The position numbers and the translations under genes were made by a program. Below are positions 38,399-48,783 of a stretch of 64,000 nucleotides of DNA, piece by piece. Numbering within the stretch: the stretch's first letter is position 1; each line of letters starts with the position of its first letter. The notes beneath the pieces are model-generated. The model was not told the origin of the DNA and ran no database searches. It saw only the letters and a program-made list of their open reading frames with translations. This DNA is from an uncultured delta proteobacterium (GTDB lineage Bacteria > Desulfobacterota > Desulfobacteria > Desulfobacterales > UBA2156): positions 192,001 to 256,000 of the forward strand of contig CAVTQK010000021.1 of assembly GCA_963736855.1 (NCBI GenBank). The letters are read 5' to 3'.

Positions 38399-39259
38399 TC
38401 ATGAAAAGGAAAAAATGTTGAATGTATTTTCCATCAGGTCCACAAACAGGAGTTTGTTTCTCAAAAGACCCTTTTTACCCAATAGGATTTTGATCACTTC
38501 AGAACATTCGACGGAGGCGATCATCATGATGGCCTGGGGCAGGCATCCCAGGGAAGCTTCAGCCCCGACCTTCGGCCCGTTTTCGGCAGAACCGTAAATG
38601 GATTGAAATCCCTTGTCCGATGGGAAGATGGTCATGACCTGGCCCGAAGCGCCGGCTACGGCGCCGGAAACCAAAGGCAGACCTTCACGACGGGACGAGC
38701 CTTCCACAATGAGCCGGGTTCGGATGTTATCAAGGCAGTCTACCGCCACGTCGGAGCCGCGAATCAGCGTGGCCGCATTCGTTTCGTCCAGCATGACATG
38801 ATGTGCATCTGCCCTCACCGCTCTGTTGACGGCCACAACCCGTTTGACGGCCATTTCAGCCTTGGATTGAAAGCGTGTTTTTTCAGTGCACAAAAACTGT
38901 CGGTTGAGGTTGCTGTCTTCGAACCTGTCGCCATCGATAAGAGTGAGATTCCCGATCCCGATACGGGCCAGCCCCTCGCAAACGGCGCCCCCCAGCCCGC
39001 CAAGCCCGATCACCGTGACTCTCGATTTCAGGAGGCGCGCCTGGTCTTCAAAGGTAAGGCTTTTCATATTCCTGGCATAACGCATCGGGAGGATTCCCTT
39101 CCCGAGAGCTGTGGTCTCCACTTGCGCGATGCCGATTCCGAACGCATCGGCCAGATCGCCGGTTGCGTCCACGGAAAGGCCTATGAAGGGCGACCCGTCC
39201 GGGAGAGTGGCAGGTATGGCCCAGGCCCGGATTTTTTCCGCTAATGAGGGAGAGGACAT
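38399..39259 (-). CDS. ThiF/HesA/MoeB-family adenylyltransferase (no Zn CxxC)
   Basis: RYARN, GLGGLGG, SNLNRQ, DCLDN. Confidence 0.85.
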   Translation of the reverse strand: MSSPSLAEKIRAWAIPATLPDGSPFIGLSVDATGDLADAFGIGIAQVETTALGKGILPMRYARNMKSLTFEDQARLLKSRVTVIGLGGLGGAVCEGLARIGIGNLTLIDGDRFEDSNLNRQFLCTEKTRFQSKAEMAVKRVVAVNRAVRADAHHVMLDETNAATLIRGSDVAVDCLDNIRTRLIVEGSSRREGLPLVSGAVAGASGQVMTIFPSDKGFQSIYGSAENGPKVGAEASLGCLPQAIMMIASVECSEVIKILLGKKGLLRNKLLFVDLMENTFNIFSFS

Positions 39260-39492
39260 TATCCACCTCCTACCGGCGGGAATATAGCGACCCTCTCACC
39301 GCCGGTCAGCACGGAATACAGATATCCCCTTATTCCGTCAATAAAGATGAGTTTGGCTTCTTCTCGGGGAATGCCGACCGATTCCAGGATATCGCCCACC
39401 GTCGTTCCGGAAGTGATGGGGAATCTTTCCGCGTTCTGAGGTGTTTTCGGCTTGAGGCTCGCGAAGAGCCGGATTTCCACATAGGCCTGCAT
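39259..39492 (-). CDS. MoaD/ThiS-family sulfur carrier
   Basis: IRLFASL...FPPVGGG C-terminus. Stop overlaps the ThiF start. Confidence 0.85.
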   Translation of the reverse strand: MQAYVEIRLFASLKPKTPQNAERFPITSGTTVGDILESVGIPREEAKLIFIDGIRGYLYSVLTGGERVAIFPPVGGG

Positions 39493-39684
39493 CGTGAAAT
39501 TCAACACGCTAAATTTTTTAGGTTTTACCCAAGCTGAAAAGCAATTTAGAAAGAACGCACCGGAAAGTCAACGGCTTAAATGACCTACGGAAATCTCCTA
39601 ATCAAATTCCGTTTCTGATGCAAGACAGGAAATGCGCCGTGGAAAGAACCTTGACGCATTCATGTATGATGGGATATTATTCAT

Positions 39685-39949
39685 ACCTAAATTGATCGTT
39701 TTCAATTTGGCAAAAAAGAGTTGTGTTTGAATATCCTTGTATTGGAACGGAGTTGACCCTTCCAATTGCCCACCCATCGGGTGTACCAAAAAAGGCATGC
39801 AGTGGAATGATTTGCCGAATTGAAAACCCTTTGGGATTTCCGATTTCACCGCATCTGCTACGTTGCCGAAAGCTCGACGTACGAATTGTACGCCTTCGCT
39901 TCCGGACGCCTTGCATCTACGGCAAATTCGAAAATTGCTCAATTTAGGT
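39685..39949. mobile_element. MITE-like element, about 265 bp
   Basis: Ends ACCTAAATTGATCGTTTTCAATTTGGC / revcomp ACCTAAATTGAGCAATTTTCGAATTTGCC. Internal CATCTGCTACGTTGC...TGCATCT motif shared with the 29526 element. Intergenic. Confidence 0.65.
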
Positions 39950-40047
39950 CATCAAAACGGATCAATGACCGGCGGCTTAAAGGAAAAGGAATAAGCCGTT
40001 TACTCGTGTTTGAAGCAGAAATCGGTTTGAGCAGGAGAAAATTTTAA

Positions 40048-40997
40048 ATGGCTTACCGACAGGCGCTGGTAACGGGTGGTGCGGGGTTCATCGGCTCCCA
40101 TCTCGTTGAGGCCCTTCTGGAGAAAGGATGCGCGGTAAAAATTCTGGATAATCTTTCAACCGGACGCCTTGAGAACCTGGCTCATGTGCGGGAGCGCGTC
40201 AATTTTTTCCAGGGAGATATCCGGGATACCCGTCTATTGGCCGAAGCGGTCCGAGGTTGTGATGTCGTTTTTCATCAGGCGGCCATGGTCTCTGTTCCCA
40301 AGAGCGTGGAAAATCCCATTGAAAGCTTAGAAATCAACGATCTGGGGACGCTCAGGGTCCTGGAGGCGGCCCGGAAAAATGGCGTGCGGAAAGTGGTTTT
40401 GGCCAGTTCCTGTGCCGTTTACGGAAATGACTCTCAGCTTCCCAAGCATGAATCCTTGCCTCTGAAACCCATGAGTCCTTATGCGGTCCACAAGCTGATC
40501 GGGGAAGTTACGCCCGGCTTTACACCGAACTTTACGGCCTGGAAACGGCGTGTCTGCGCTATTTCAACGTCTATGGACCCAGGCAGGACCCATCCTCACC
40601 ATACTCCGGCGTCATTTCCATTTTTCTGAGCCGGGCCATAAAGAGACAGCGCCCGATCATCTTCGGAGATGGAGCCCAATACCGGGATTTTATCTATGTG
40701 AAGGACGTGGTGCGGGCAAATATGCTTGCTGCAGAATCCAGTGCTGCCTCCGGAAACGTTTATAATATCGGTACCGGTAGCTTTTTGCGCATTTTGGACC
40801 TGTGGAAAGCCATCAGGGATCGACTGGCCGTCCACATTGAACCGGAATTTGCACCGTGCCGTTTGGGAGACATCCGAGAATCGCTTGCCGATGTTCATCG
40901 TGCCCGGGAACACCTCGGGTTTGAGGCCCAATATCCTTTCGATATCGGGCTTGATGCAACCTTGAAATGGTACATGGAAAATTCAGCATTCTTATAA
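40048..40997 (+). CDS. NAD-dependent nucleotide-sugar 4-epimerase, one apparent -1 frameshift near 40507
   Basis: TGGAGFIGS, SPYAVHK in the first frame; YARLY...LRYFNVYGPRQDPSSPYSGVIS, RDFIYV in the next frame. Confidence 0.85.
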
Positions 40998-41021
40998 TCT
41001 GGAGTCGATCCGGAAAGGAAG

Positions 41022-42056
41022 ATGTTCTTGCAAGGAAAAAACGCGCTCATAACCGGCGCAGCCGGGTTTATCGGCTACCATCTTTCAGAACGGCTCTGCC
41101 GGGAGGGGTGGCAGGTGACCGGTATCGACAATCTCAACAACTACTACGATATCCACCTCAAGGAGGCTCGCCTGGATCGGTTGCTGAAGAACAACCTCTT
41201 TTCCTTTTCCAAAATTGATCTTTCAGACAAAAGCGGCCTGGAAGCCCTGTTTAAAAAGGAAAAGATCGATGTGGTGGTCAATCTGGCTGCTCAGGCCGGA
41301 GTCCGCTATTCACTGACCAATCCTCATGCCTATATACAATCGAACATCGTCGGCTTTTTAAATCTGCTGGAATGCTGTCGGTATCATCCGATCGGTCACC
41401 TGGTTTTTGCCTCATCGAGTTCCGTTTACGGGGCTAACACCCGCATGCCCTTCAACGTCCACGATAACGTGGACCATCCGGTTTCCTTATATGCGGCCAC
41501 CAAGAAGGCCAATGAATTGATGGCCCACACTTACAGTCATCTTTATGGCCTGCCCGTTACAGGTTTGCGGTTTTTCACGGTCTATGGCCCCTGGGGAAGA
41601 CCCGACATGGCCCTTTTTTTATTTACCCGTGCCATCCTGGAAGGCAAACCCATCCAGGTTTTCAACCACGGAAGGATGCAGCGGGATTTCACCTATATCG
41701 ACGACATCATCGAGGGGGTTTTCCGGGTAATGAAACGCATTCCGGAATCTAATCCGGCATGGGATGGCAACTCCCCGGATCCCGGAACTTCCATGGCTCC
41801 ATATCGGCTCTATAACATTGGAAACAATAACCCGGTAAGCCTCATGGATTTTATCGTTGCCATCGAGAAGGCGCTGGGGAAAACGGCACAAAAAATCTTC
41901 ACGGACCTCCAGCCCGGGGATGTCCCGGCTACCTACGCCGATATCGACGATCTCACGCAGGACGTGGGATTCAAGCCCGAGACCGCCATTGAAGACGGAA
42001 TTCAGCGGTTTGTGGACTGGTACCAAGATTACTACAGCAACGCGGCCGACTCTTGA
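41022..42056 (+). CDS. UDP-glucuronate 4-epimerase-like
   Basis: [57 protein letters not shown]. Confidence 0.9.
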   Translation: MFLQGKNALITGAAGFIGYHLSERLCREGWQVTGIDNLNNYYDIHLKEARLDRLLKNNLFSFSKIDLSDKSGLEALFKKEKIDVVVNLAAQAGVRYSLTNPHAYIQSNIVGFLNLLECCRYHPIGHLVFASSSSVYGANTRMPFNVHDNVDHPVSLYAATKKANELMAHTYSHLYGLPVTGLRFFTVYGPWGRPDMALFLFTRAILEGKPIQVFNHGRMQRDFTYIDDIIEGVFRVMKRIPESNPAWDGNSPDPGTSMAPYRLYNIGNNNPVSLMDFIVAIEKALGKTAQKIFTDLQPGDVPATYADIDDLTQDVGFKPETAIEDGIQRFVDWYQDYYSNAADS

Positions 42057-42081
42057 CATAAGCATACGGACTGCGAAGGTG

Positions 42082-44391
42082 TCAGCGACCCAATGAAGGA
42101 TTTCGTGACATACCCATCGAACTCATCATCCAGGCGATGGCGTAACATCCGGCTCCAGCGAGAAAGACCCAGGTAAAGCCCGCGGCCACGGCAAGGGCCA
42201 CGCCGCCTATCGAGCCAACGACCGAAGCCACGCCGTTAATACCCCACAGAACCGATGCCGATGTTTCCGGTTGGCCCGGTGCCCCGGATGTGGATCGCCG
42301 GAGCCCCAGGGGAAACGGCATGCCCATGAAGAAGCCGAACGGGAAGACGGATGCCGCTGTTAAGAGAATCCGCAGATGCAGGCTCAGCGGCAGGGCGGCA
42401 CGAACCAAGAGAGGCAGCGTAGACGCGGCTAGAATCATCAGGAGGATCACCACGGGGAAAATCCGGCCCAGTGCCTGAGGAATTCTCTCGGGTGTGAATC
42501 GTCTTGCGAATAAGCTTCCCAAGGCTCCTGAAAGGAGTATCGTGAACAGAATCACGACTAGTGAGTAAATTGGATGACCGAGAAGCAGAATGAGCCGCTG
42601 AATCAAGGCGACTTCGCATATAATGAATCCCCCGCCCAGCGCTGCGAAGTAGGCGACTGTTTTGGGGCCGGGCGCCTGGAAGCCCAAGAAGCGACTGCCC
42701 AGGAGCAACAGAATGGTGAATCCCAGGACAGCAATCACCGGCAGGCAGAACAGACCGACCATGAATCTGGGAATTCCGAAGGGCTTGTCGGTAGCAAAAT
42801 AAAACGGCCGGTCGTCGTACACCGGTGTGGCCAGCGTATGGAAGCTCTGAGTATATTGGTCGAAACTCGTTTTTCCTGAAAAGAGGTTGCTGTACGCGGG
42901 CTCTGATTCCCGGTTCGGAACCCAGAGGATATGGGGGTCGGCATGCCCCGCCAGAAGTGCGTCCGCTATTGACGGGGTTATCTGGGATCGGCTGAGCATG
43001 AAGACGGTTTCAACGGGCTCATTTCCCAGGGGTCGGCGTTGTGATACGGCCAGGATATGATTGCCGGCCTGGCTCGTGTTCAGTCCGCGTTGTGCCAGCA
43101 GGGAGACTGAATTGGCCACCAGCCGGGGCACGTCCATGGGCCAGCGAATGATTGCGATGGCGCCTCGATCGGTGAGATGGTCGAAATACGAGGCCAGGGC
43201 ATCGCGGGTGTAAAGGTAGTTTTCTGTCAGTGAAAGCCCGCCGCTGGTGACTGAAGCCCACGAGTCGACGAACCCCAGGACGATCAAGTCATAACGCTCG
43301 GCTGTTCGTTCGATGAAATTACGACCTTCATCCATGACCAGTTGAACCTTGGGGTGATCATACAAATTTCCGGCCTGATCCCCCCACGCCCGCACGCAGT
43401 CCACGATCAGCGGGTTCATCTCCACGGCCGTGACTTTGGGGCTCCCCGCACAGATTGCGAGTACCACATCAGTTCCGCCGCCCGGACCAATAACCAGTAC
43501 CCGCGGCTCTCGGGACAGTCTGAAAGGAAACGCCCGGAACCAATCTGCTGCATCCTCGATGCCGTTCGGCCGGCCGTTCCAGCGCAGGATGTCGGTCCAG
43601 GCATCGCTGTCGATGAACAGGCGGGCGAGGTGAAAGTTGTCAAAGTCGCTTACCGAACTGATACGCGAATAAGCATTCCAGCGGTCGAAAATAATCCGGC
43701 TGCCTGGTTTCGATCGCAACAACTGGTAAAGACCTTTGCTGGGGGCATCCCGAATGACCAGGGTTTGGGTGCGGTTGTTCCACAGGGTCAGCGAAGTCGT
43801 GGCGATCAGAGCCAAAAGCGAGAGGAACAACCATAGGCTCCTTTTTTGACGACCTATCTCCATACTCAACAGCACAGCGGCAAGGGAAGGCAAGATCGCT
43901 GTAGCCAGAATAGCTGTTTCCGCTCCTAAGCGGCTGATAACCAGCGGGACCATCAGCGTCCCCAAAGCCGCGCCTCCCAAGTCGGCAAAATAAAGGCGGT
44001 TCGAGTCACCGCGATAGGCATCGAACATCAGGCTGAGCGTCGCCCCGCCTGCGATGAACGGAAGGAGTCCCATGGCGAAATAGAAGTTCAATCGCTCGGG
44101 GGTGAAGGGAAACTGCAGAATTCCATAAGGGAAAAGGGGCAACACGATCGCAAATAGGATCGAAAGGACTATCAGAATAGGTGACAGGAGATTCTCCAGG
44201 CGGGCCAGCCGCAATATGTAGACCAGAAATCCGCCGAGCCCCCAACCGAAGAGGGCGACGGAGATGGCAACGAAGGTATAATGGTACCAAATAGCCGCCG
44301 AAAAGATCCGCGTCAGGGTCAGCTCAAAGACCAGCCCGGCGGCAGACAGCATGACCACAGACGCCAGGACCGTTGCCGATGCTCGCTTCAT
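42082..44391 (-). CDS. Polytopic membrane protein with central spermidine-synthase-like SAM-binding domain
   Basis: About 7 N-terminal and 6 C-terminal TM helices; VLVIGPGGGTD, AVEMNP, DEGRNF, LTENYLYT, DDRPF. Confidence 0.8.
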   Translation of the reverse strand: MKRASATVLASVVMLSAAGLVFELTLTRIFSAAIWYHYTFVAISVALFGWGLGGFLVYILRLARLENLLSPILIVLSILFAIVLPLFPYGILQFPFTPERLNFYFAMGLLPFIAGGATLSLMFDAYRGDSNRLYFADLGGAALGTLMVPLVISRLGAETAILATAILPSLAAVLLSMEIGRQKRSLWLFLSLLALIATTSLTLWNNRTQTLVIRDAPSKGLYQLLRSKPGSRIIFDRWNAYSRISSVSDFDNFHLARLFIDSDAWTDILRWNGRPNGIEDAADWFRAFPFRLSREPRVLVIGPGGGTDVVLAICAGSPKVTAVEMNPLIVDCVRAWGDQAGNLYDHPKVQLVMDEGRNFIERTAERYDLIVLGFVDSWASVTSGGLSLTENYLYTRDALASYFDHLTDRGAIAIIRWPMDVPRLVANSVSLLAQRGLNTSQAGNHILAVSQRRPLGNEPVETVFMLSRSQITPSIADALLAGHADPHILWVPNRESEPAYSNLFSGKTSFDQYTQSFHTLATPVYDDRPFYFATDKPFGIPRFMVGLFCLPVIAVLGFTILLLLGSRFLGFQAPGPKTVAYFAALGGGFIICEVALIQRLILLLGHPIYSLVVILFTILLSGALGSLFARRFTPERIPQALGRIFPVVILLMILAASTLPLLVRAALPLSLHLRILLTAASVFPFGFFMGMPFPLGLRRSTSGAPGQPETSASVLWGINGVASVVGSIGGVALAVAAGFTWVFLAGAGCYAIAWMMSSMGMSRNPSLGR

Positions 44392-44679
44392 CGTTGCCTC
44401 CACATCTTAATCCCAGGTGTTTTCCGAATCATAATCCCATGGTTTATTTTTAGGAAGGACATCTTTCCAATAATTTTGCTTTTTTGTAAATACAAAACGA
44501 ATAATCCCATAAGATTGGGGGCGGTCATCCCATCAGCCGGTCGTTTCCTGCTTGAACGGCGAAATCTTTTGGTATACGAATGGAATATATATCGTTTGTC
44601 GAAATCCTTTGCAGCTTTCATGAGACCGATCCTTGCTAGAAACCATTTTCGGATATCGAGGAGAGAAGGAGGATTTTCA

Positions 44680-46134
44680 ATGAAAAAACGTTTAATCGGG
44701 CTTGCCGTATTCTTCGTGTTTTTTTCGATACATTTTGGAGAAACGGTTCGAGGTGTCCATGCAAGTGATCAAAAACCGGAAACACTGTCGAGCGATCTTT
44801 CCAACCAGACAGGCGTTGCCATAACGATATACAACGTCAATCTAGGCCTTGTTAAAGACCAGAGAGAAATAAAGCTTCCCAAGGGAACCGGTGAATTGCG
44901 ATTCATGGACGTGGCATCCAAGATCATTCCCTCCAGCGTCCACATCAAATCCCTTGCGGATGCCGAAAGTCTTCGAATCCTCGAACAGAATTATGAGTAC
45001 GATCTGCTGAATCCCCAGAAGTTATTGGATAAGTATGTGGGAAAGGAAGTGAAGCTTTATTCCAAAAACAGTTATACCGAGCGGGAAGAGGTGATGACGG
45101 CAAAACTTCTCTCCAACAACGGCGGCCCCATTTTCCGGATCGGAGATGAAATCACCTTCGGCCATCCCGGACGTATCCTGTTTCCTGGAGTGCCGGAAAA
45201 CCTCATCTCCAAGCCCACTCTGGTCTGGCTTCTGGAAAATACCCTGCCTGTCCAAAAAGTCGAAGCAACCTATCTGACGGAAGGCATTACGTGGAGGGCC
45301 GACTATGTCGTGACCTTGAATGAGACAGACGACCGGTCGGATCTTTCGGGTTGGGTGACCATTGACAATAAGAGCGGCGCAATATTCCAAAATGCCAAAC
45401 TCAAACTCGTGGCCGGAGACGTCAACCGTGTCCAGGAAAAGCTGGAATATGAGGACCGGGGGCAACGCAGGCAAAAGCTTGCAGCGATGCCTGCCGCCCC
45501 CCAATTCAAAGAAGAGGAATTTTTCGAATATCATATTTATACGCTTCAGAGATCCTCCACCATCAAGGAGAATCAGACCAAGCAGATCAGTCTGTTGACC
45601 GCCGAACGCGTCCCGGTGAAAAAAGAAATGGTCTTTCAGGGCGCAAAGTTTTACTACTATAACCGTCAGGGCGAACAGATGTCGAATCAGAAGGTCGGCG
45701 TGTTTGTCCGGATCGAAAACCGGAAAGAGAATAATATGGGGATGCCGCTGCCCAAGGGGATCGTACGGGTTTATAAATCCGACAGTGAAGGCGGACTTCA
45801 GTTTATCGGCGAAGACAGCATCGACCATACCCCCAAGGACGAAAAAATCAAGATCAAGCTCGGGGAGGCATTCGATGTGGTCGGGTCCCGTAAGCAGACG
45901 GATTGGACAAAACTAGCCTCCGACACCTATGAGGCGGCGTTTGAAATCTCCTTGAGGAATCATAAAAAAGAAGACGTAACGGTCAAAGTCATCGAGCCGA
46001 TCCCGGGGGACTGGAAAATGCTCAGCGAATCTCATCCATATACAAAGAGCGAAGCGTTCACCGCTGAATTCAATATCTCCGTGCCCAAAGACAAAGAGGT
46101 CAAGCTGACCTATCGGGTCAGGATGCGGTTTTGA
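44680..46134 (+). CDS. Secreted DUF4139-domain protein
   Basis: GGAGG RBS, signal peptide, TIYNVNLGLVKD, EQNYEYDLL, WRADY, LVAGDVN, PLPKG. Confidence 0.75.
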   Translation: MKKRLIGLAVFFVFFSIHFGETVRGVHASDQKPETLSSDLSNQTGVAITIYNVNLGLVKDQREIKLPKGTGELRFMDVASKIIPSSVHIKSLADAESLRILEQNYEYDLLNPQKLLDKYVGKEVKLYSKNSYTEREEVMTAKLLSNNGGPIFRIGDEITFGHPGRILFPGVPENLISKPTLVWLLENTLPVQKVEATYLTEGITWRADYVVTLNETDDRSDLSGWVTIDNKSGAIFQNAKLKLVAGDVNRVQEKLEYEDRGQRRQKLAAMPAAPQFKEEEFFEYHIYTLQRSSTIKENQTKQISLLTAERVPVKKEMVFQGAKFYYYNRQGEQMSNQKVGVFVRIENRKENNMGMPLPKGIVRVYKSDSEGGLQFIGEDSIDHTPKDEKIKIKLGEAFDVVGSRKQTDWTKLASDTYEAAFEISLRNHKKEDVTVKVIEPIPGDWKMLSESHPYTKSEAFTAEFNISVPKDKEVKLTYRVRMRF

Positions 46135-46465
46135 GCCGTATGCCGGGATATTTTCCTGCCTGAGGATCTGAAGAAATTCTCGGTTAAAGATGAAGGATTC
46201 AGATCGCTTTTTTCTTTTGCAGTGCACACGGGAACCAGGATAATAAAATATTTAAACGCTTTATATTCGAATCCTTCCAATGCTTGATCCATAATACTAC
46301 CGGCTTCAGGCGGCTGGCAGTTTATTTATCCATTATATAGATCGGAAAGTCCGGGACGGCTTCCGGAATAATGTGTGGGTTTCTGCCTGCCGCCGGTTAA
46401 CTTTCTAAACCGTTTAGTGATATACCGATCCAGCTTTTTAATAGTAATTGAATCGGCCTGCCAGG

Positions 46466-46495
46466 AAAAAAGGCAAAGCGGAAACCCGCCTTGCC
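46466..46495 (-). terminator. Intrinsic terminator of the Rieske/cyt b operon
   Basis: Minus strand GGCAAGGCGG-GTTT-CCGCTTTGCC-TTTTTT, 20 nt after the last stop codon. Confidence 0.75.
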
Positions 46496-46515
46496 ATCTC
46501 AAAAACCCCGGCAAC

Positions 46516-47511
46516 TCAGCGCTTGAAATCCAACACCAGACTGCGAGTGGCCTTGGAATGGTCGGCGCCGCTATCATCAAAAACAGCGATAGCGAAGCTG
46601 AATCTCTTGCGGACGTCGAAGGCGACATCGTCTTCCTGGCCGGTGTTGAATTTTCGGTGCAGCATGACCGTCCAGCGGCCGGTGGCATACCGGCTGTCGA
46701 CCTTGACATCGAACCGTGATCCGCTCGGCTTCACGGGGAGGCGGTAGGGGATCACGTCGCCCGCCTTGAAGATAGAGTAGTCCGTGATGGGGACGGCTTC
46801 CTCCAGGAGCAAGAACCCGAGCACCGAAGGTTTGCGAGCAGGATCCTGCATGTAAAGCGGGTGGGAACCGTCGGGGGTTTCATTTTTAACATCCCCGCCG
46901 CTGCCCGCATCGTTTCTCCGGCCGGTTTCGCGGTAGGACCCGGACGGATTGCCCGCCACGGTGAGCCATCCGTCATCGGCATGTCGGTAGGGCGCCGAGC
47001 GAGCTGCCTTCCAATGCCAGAGATCGCCCTTTTCAGACGGGCTTTCCGTGGATAGGTTCCACTTGTTACGGGGCAGATCCGCCGGGCTATGACAGACGAC
47101 CGTACAGCTGCGCGATGAAAAATAGTTGATCCGTTCGATTTCAAACAGTAGCGCTATCCGGTCTTCGTCCCCCCTGAGGTGAACCCATTTTCCCCCGTCA
47201 AACTGCCACGACTCCTTGGTGACGCTGTAGGTCGGATCAGCCCAGCTGAGCAGGAAGTAAAGTTCGCTGTCCGTATAGAGGGCCCGGATCGAAACTATTT
47301 CCTTGACGTCGGCCATCTCCAGGCGGCCTGCAACAGGAACCTGACCCGGAGCGGCACGCTGCCAGGCAGGGTCATCGATCCCGGCCGGCGGTGTCTTGAC
47401 ATACCGGGCGGTTATCGTCATGACTCCGGCATCATCCGGAGAGGGTGCCGCCGCGAACACAATGGCAGCGCCCAAAAGTGCAGCGATCCCCGCGATCAAC
47501 CACTTAGACAT
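46516..47511 (-). CDS. Ethylbenzene-dehydrogenase gamma-subunit-related (EbdC/EB_dh, DOMON-like) heme-binding periplasmic protein 2
   Basis: Signal peptide; DDPAW, WADPT, EDRIALLF, SCTVVCH, DLWHWKAAR, WTVMLHRK, FAIAVFD. Confidence 0.75.
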   Translation of the reverse strand: MSKWLIAGIAALLGAAIVFAAAPSPDDAGVMTITARYVKTPPAGIDDPAWQRAAPGQVPVAGRLEMADVKEIVSIRALYTDSELYFLLSWADPTYSVTKESWQFDGGKWVHLRGDEDRIALLFEIERINYFSSRSCTVVCHSPADLPRNKWNLSTESPSEKGDLWHWKAARSAPYRHADDGWLTVAGNPSGSYRETGRRNDAGSGGDVKNETPDGSHPLYMQDPARKPSVLGFLLLEEAVPITDYSIFKAGDVIPYRLPVKPSGSRFDVKVDSRYATGRWTVMLHRKFNTGQEDDVAFDVRKRFSFAIAVFDDSGADHSKATRSLVLDFKR

Positions 47512-47531
47512 GGCCCACCTCTTTCAGTGCC

Positions 47532-48611
47532 TTAATGTTCAGGCGTCACGAAGTGCTCGATATACCCCATGACGGACAGAACCGCCACTGCGGCCAGAAC
47601 TAGTGCCGCCGCAACCATCACGCCTATGCGCTTGGAAGGACGGCGTTCGGACGTGCGGTCCAGGAAGGGCAACGCCCCAAGTAAAAATACCAGCCCCCCG
47701 GGAATGATCGCCGATCCGAGAACCATGAACGGGCCTTTAAAAATCGAGACCAGTTGGTTCAGAAACAACACCCACCACTCCGGGCGGGGAATAAACGCAG
47801 AATCGGTCGGATCGGCCGGATCACCCAAGGCAGCCGGCCATTGCCAGGCAACCAGGCCCAGTGCGATCGCCGACACAATAAGAACCGCCAGCCAGCGGTT
47901 GAAAATGGCCGGCATGAAAGGAACTTTCGGCCTTGGGGTCGCATTGGCCGACAGGGGTCCCGAAAGCCCCCGGGTCGCCATTAAATACAGGTGTAAGCCG
48001 ATCAGCAGAACGAGGGCGCAGGGCAACAGGAGGATATGCAGAACATAAAGGCGGGTCAAGGCGACGATTCCAGTCAGGGAGCCGCCGCGAAACAATTGGA
48101 CGAGAAAATCCCCGGCCAACGGAATGGAGCCGATGATGCTGAAGCGCACCTGGGTGGACCAATATCCTTTCTGGTCCCAGGGCAGCAGGTCGCCGGTGAT
48201 GATGAACAGCGGCATCAGCAGAAGAAACAACACTCCCGAGATCCAGACGAGTTGACGCGGCGACTTATAGGCTCCAACGACCAAAGCACGAAGCAGGTGA
48301 AGCCCCATGACCACCAGCAGGAGGTTCCAGGCATAGTGATGCATCCCGCGGACCACGTTTCCCAAAGGCAGGCTGAACTGAAAATAATCGACACTGTCAT
48401 AGGCTGTGCCCGGAACCGGGGTGTAGACAAAGGCCATCAATGCCCCGGAAAGGAACAGCAGGCAAATCAGCGCCAACTGCAGAGCGCCGAAGAACCGGTG
48501 CCAGCAGATGGTGTCGGCCGGTGCCTCCATCTGGAGCAGTTTTGCAAAACCTTCCCGGGCCGCTGCAACGGGCGATCTCTGTTCCGAGCCGTTAAACTCC
48601 GCTTTGGTCAT
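47532..48611 (-). CDS. petB: Cytochrome b of a Rieske/cyt b complex (unsplit b6 + subunit IV type)
   Basis: RGMHH and GLHLLR heme His, LPWDQKGYW, H-x14-H in helix D, PEWW (PEWY-like) Qo motif. Confidence 0.9.
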   Translation of the reverse strand: MTKAEFNGSEQRSPVAAAREGFAKLLQMEAPADTICWHRFFGALQLALICLLFLSGALMAFVYTPVPGTAYDSVDYFQFSLPLGNVVRGMHHYAWNLLLVVMGLHLLRALVVGAYKSPRQLVWISGVLFLLLMPLFIITGDLLPWDQKGYWSTQVRFSIIGSIPLAGDFLVQLFRGGSLTGIVALTRLYVLHILLLPCALVLLIGLHLYLMATRGLSGPLSANATPRPKVPFMPAIFNRWLAVLIVSAIALGLVAWQWPAALGDPADPTDSAFIPRPEWWVLFLNQLVSIFKGPFMVLGSAIIPGGLVFLLGALPFLDRTSERRPSKRIGVMVAAALVLAAVAVLSVMGYIEHFVTPEH

Positions 48612-48783
48612 AGCACTCCATCCCGGGTATCCGGTTGATCAAAAGGATAGAAAAACAAGCTACACACCGTCAGACCAGGCGCGCGGCATTTTGGAAAGCG
48701 CAGCATATTTAACGATATGTGAGCATTCCCAAACGCCGCGCAACGTCGGATCACATCTGGAGGCGCTATTTTTTAGCCTCTTG

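Noticed and set aside
39598..40047. Small ORFs in the moaD-epimerase intergenic region
   Set aside because: They overlap the MITE-like repeat and have no RBS or protein motifs.
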